Assembly (NCBI RefSeq): GCF_009914755.1
Contig: NC_060934.1
Strand: one strand, 5' to 3'
Length of the DNA: 64,000 bases
Origin: the human T2T-CHM13v2.0 reference genome, Homo sapiens
Shown: positions 1-64,000 of the stretch, piece by piece
Numbering within the stretch: position 1 is the first letter of the stretch
Layout: every line of letters starts with the position of its first letter
Notes under the pieces: generated by a model
What the model was told of the DNA's origin: nothing
Seen by the model: the letters and a program-made list of their open reading frames with translations, nothing else
The model's database searches: none
Position numbers and translations under genes: made by a program

Positions 1-272
1 AATGCAATGATATAAATTATTATAATGTGTTGCCTTAAAGACACATGGTGTAGCATTCTACGTTCAGCTTTTGCATTTATTTTCTCAGTGTCATGATTTG
101 CTCCTGTGATTCCAGATCAGTTGTCTCCTTATCAGTCAGCATATACTTATTGGTATTAACACTTTTTGCAAAAATCATATATAAATGGTTGTACAATGTT
201 GTTGTCATTCTACAGCAACTTTTTAATTTTTGTTCAGCGATTAGCTTGTTTTTCATTTATTTTAAGATTTCA

Positions 273-507
273 GGCCAGGTGTGGTGGCTCACGCCTGTAA
301 TCCCAGCACTTTGGTAGGCCAAGGTGGGTGGATCACGAGGTCAGGAGATCCAGACCATCCTGGCTAACATGGTGAAACCTCACCTCTACTAGAAATACAA
401 AAAATCAGCCGGGCGTGGTGGTGGGTGCCTGTAGTCCCAGCTACTCCGGAGGCTGAGGCAAGAGAATGGCGTGAACCCGCGAGGCGGAGCTTGTGGTGAG
501 CCGATAT
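273..507 (+). mobile_element. Alu (AluY/Sc-like), 3'-truncated
   Basis: ggccaggtgtggtggctcacgcctgtaatcccagcac...gagaatggcgtgaaccc; no A-tail. Confidence 0.92.
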
Positions 508-600
508 TACATTATTGTAACATTGAAATATGCAGGTGAATGATATATAAAAAGCCTCTGGAAGTTTACTTCTAGTTTTTGATACTTTCACGTTACGTGT

Positions 601-915
<315 letters not shown>

Positions 916-1621
916 TGATGGGTACGCTTGGACCTTTTTGTATAAGTGGATCAGGAAATTTTAAGAGGACTAAACTAGAGAACCCTATGAATGTGAAAAT
1001 ACTCGTATTTCACAGAGGTACAAAAATGAATATATTTATTAACTTTTATTCTATAGGTAGATATGCTGCTGAATTTAGAACATTCTCTGCAATGATAAGT
1101 ACGTTGTACCTTTGAACTCTCATCACAACTTTGCAATTCCTAAACTCCAGGACAAATTGAAGGACATAATAGCTACATGTATATATTGACATAAGTGATT
1201 CTGACGTGTTTCCTTAACAATATGCCATAGCATTCTCCCATTAGCTTAGTCATTTATTCTGTTTTGGTGGGGTGTGGCATGACTTGGTCATCTTATTAAA
1301 TACAACTTCTTTCCTAATACGGCCGCTTTCTCTTACTGATAGTAGGATATTTCTGCTTTAGTTATTGTCACCTTAAATATATTTTCAATGTTGAAATCCT
1401 CACAGCATGTTTGATGAAATCTAGTTTTCAAATTTTCTTAGGTATATTTCTGTCACGTTGGCATGATAACAAATGCAATAACCCAAAAGACCCCAAAAGC
1501 TAGTGTAATCCCTTTTGCAATCCAAGCATGAGGATTCATCTTCATGTTGACAGTGCGTGAATGTTCGGTAGGCTTTGTCAAGCTTGCATACAATAAATTA
1601 TATATGTCCCTTTTCTTTTAG

Positions 1622-63776
<62,155 letters not shown>

Positions 63777-63863
63777 GTAAGTATCAAAAAATATAAATAC
63801 TTGTCAAACTTCCTGAAAGAAAGTTTAAAGTCATATTTGGCCTTGGCTAAATGCTGAATCTAG

Positions 63864-63867
<4 letters not shown>

Positions 63868-63896
<29 letters not shown>
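63868..63896. repeat. (TA)n microsatellite
   Basis: atatatat run downstream of the last exon. Confidence 0.9.
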
Positions 63897-63902
<6 letters not shown>

Positions 63903-64000
63903 GTATGTATAAATAGATGATAAATGCACTTACTATATCAGCTTAGAAACATGCCTCATTTCCACCAAATGAAAGTTAAAGCTGAGAGACGTTTTACTTT

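Noticed and set aside
63777-63857. ORF extension VSIKKYKY...LAKC as the true C-terminus
   Set aside because: It begins at a consensus GTAAGT donor, so it is most likely intron read-through. As I recall, the known protein continues in a further exon.

Overview
Human (primate) genomic DNA: the 3' part of ANKRD30A (NY-BR-1, a breast/testis differentiation antigen), on the + strand. The gene is recognised from the spliced translation of 27 GT-AG exons (...GSPVKDGLLKANCGMKVSIPTKALELMDMQTFKAEPPEKPSAFE... through ...RIYQYEKEKAETE). Positions 1-46.1 kb are a head-to-tail array of ~11.8-kb units that runs off the left edge. Copies 1-3 are nearly identical and copy 4 is diverged and truncated. Each unit carries the same six exons (29+73+29+73+62+91 = 357 nt = 119 aa, phase 1 to phase 1), so genomic copy number directly sets protein length: a coding macro-VNTR. 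The array ends at a microhomology junction inside an L1. It is followed by a 14.9-kb intron rich in L1, LTR and Alu elements, then three coiled-coil exons. The most notable observations are the recent expansion and its mosaic history, the strongly non-synonymous divergence of copy-4 exons, frame-symmetric modules flanked by inverted Alus, and apparent CpG retention in the array. Almost all ORFs in the supplied track are intronic or repeat-derived noise. No prokaryotic-type system, RNA gene or CRISPR array is present. All alignments and counts were done by eye.
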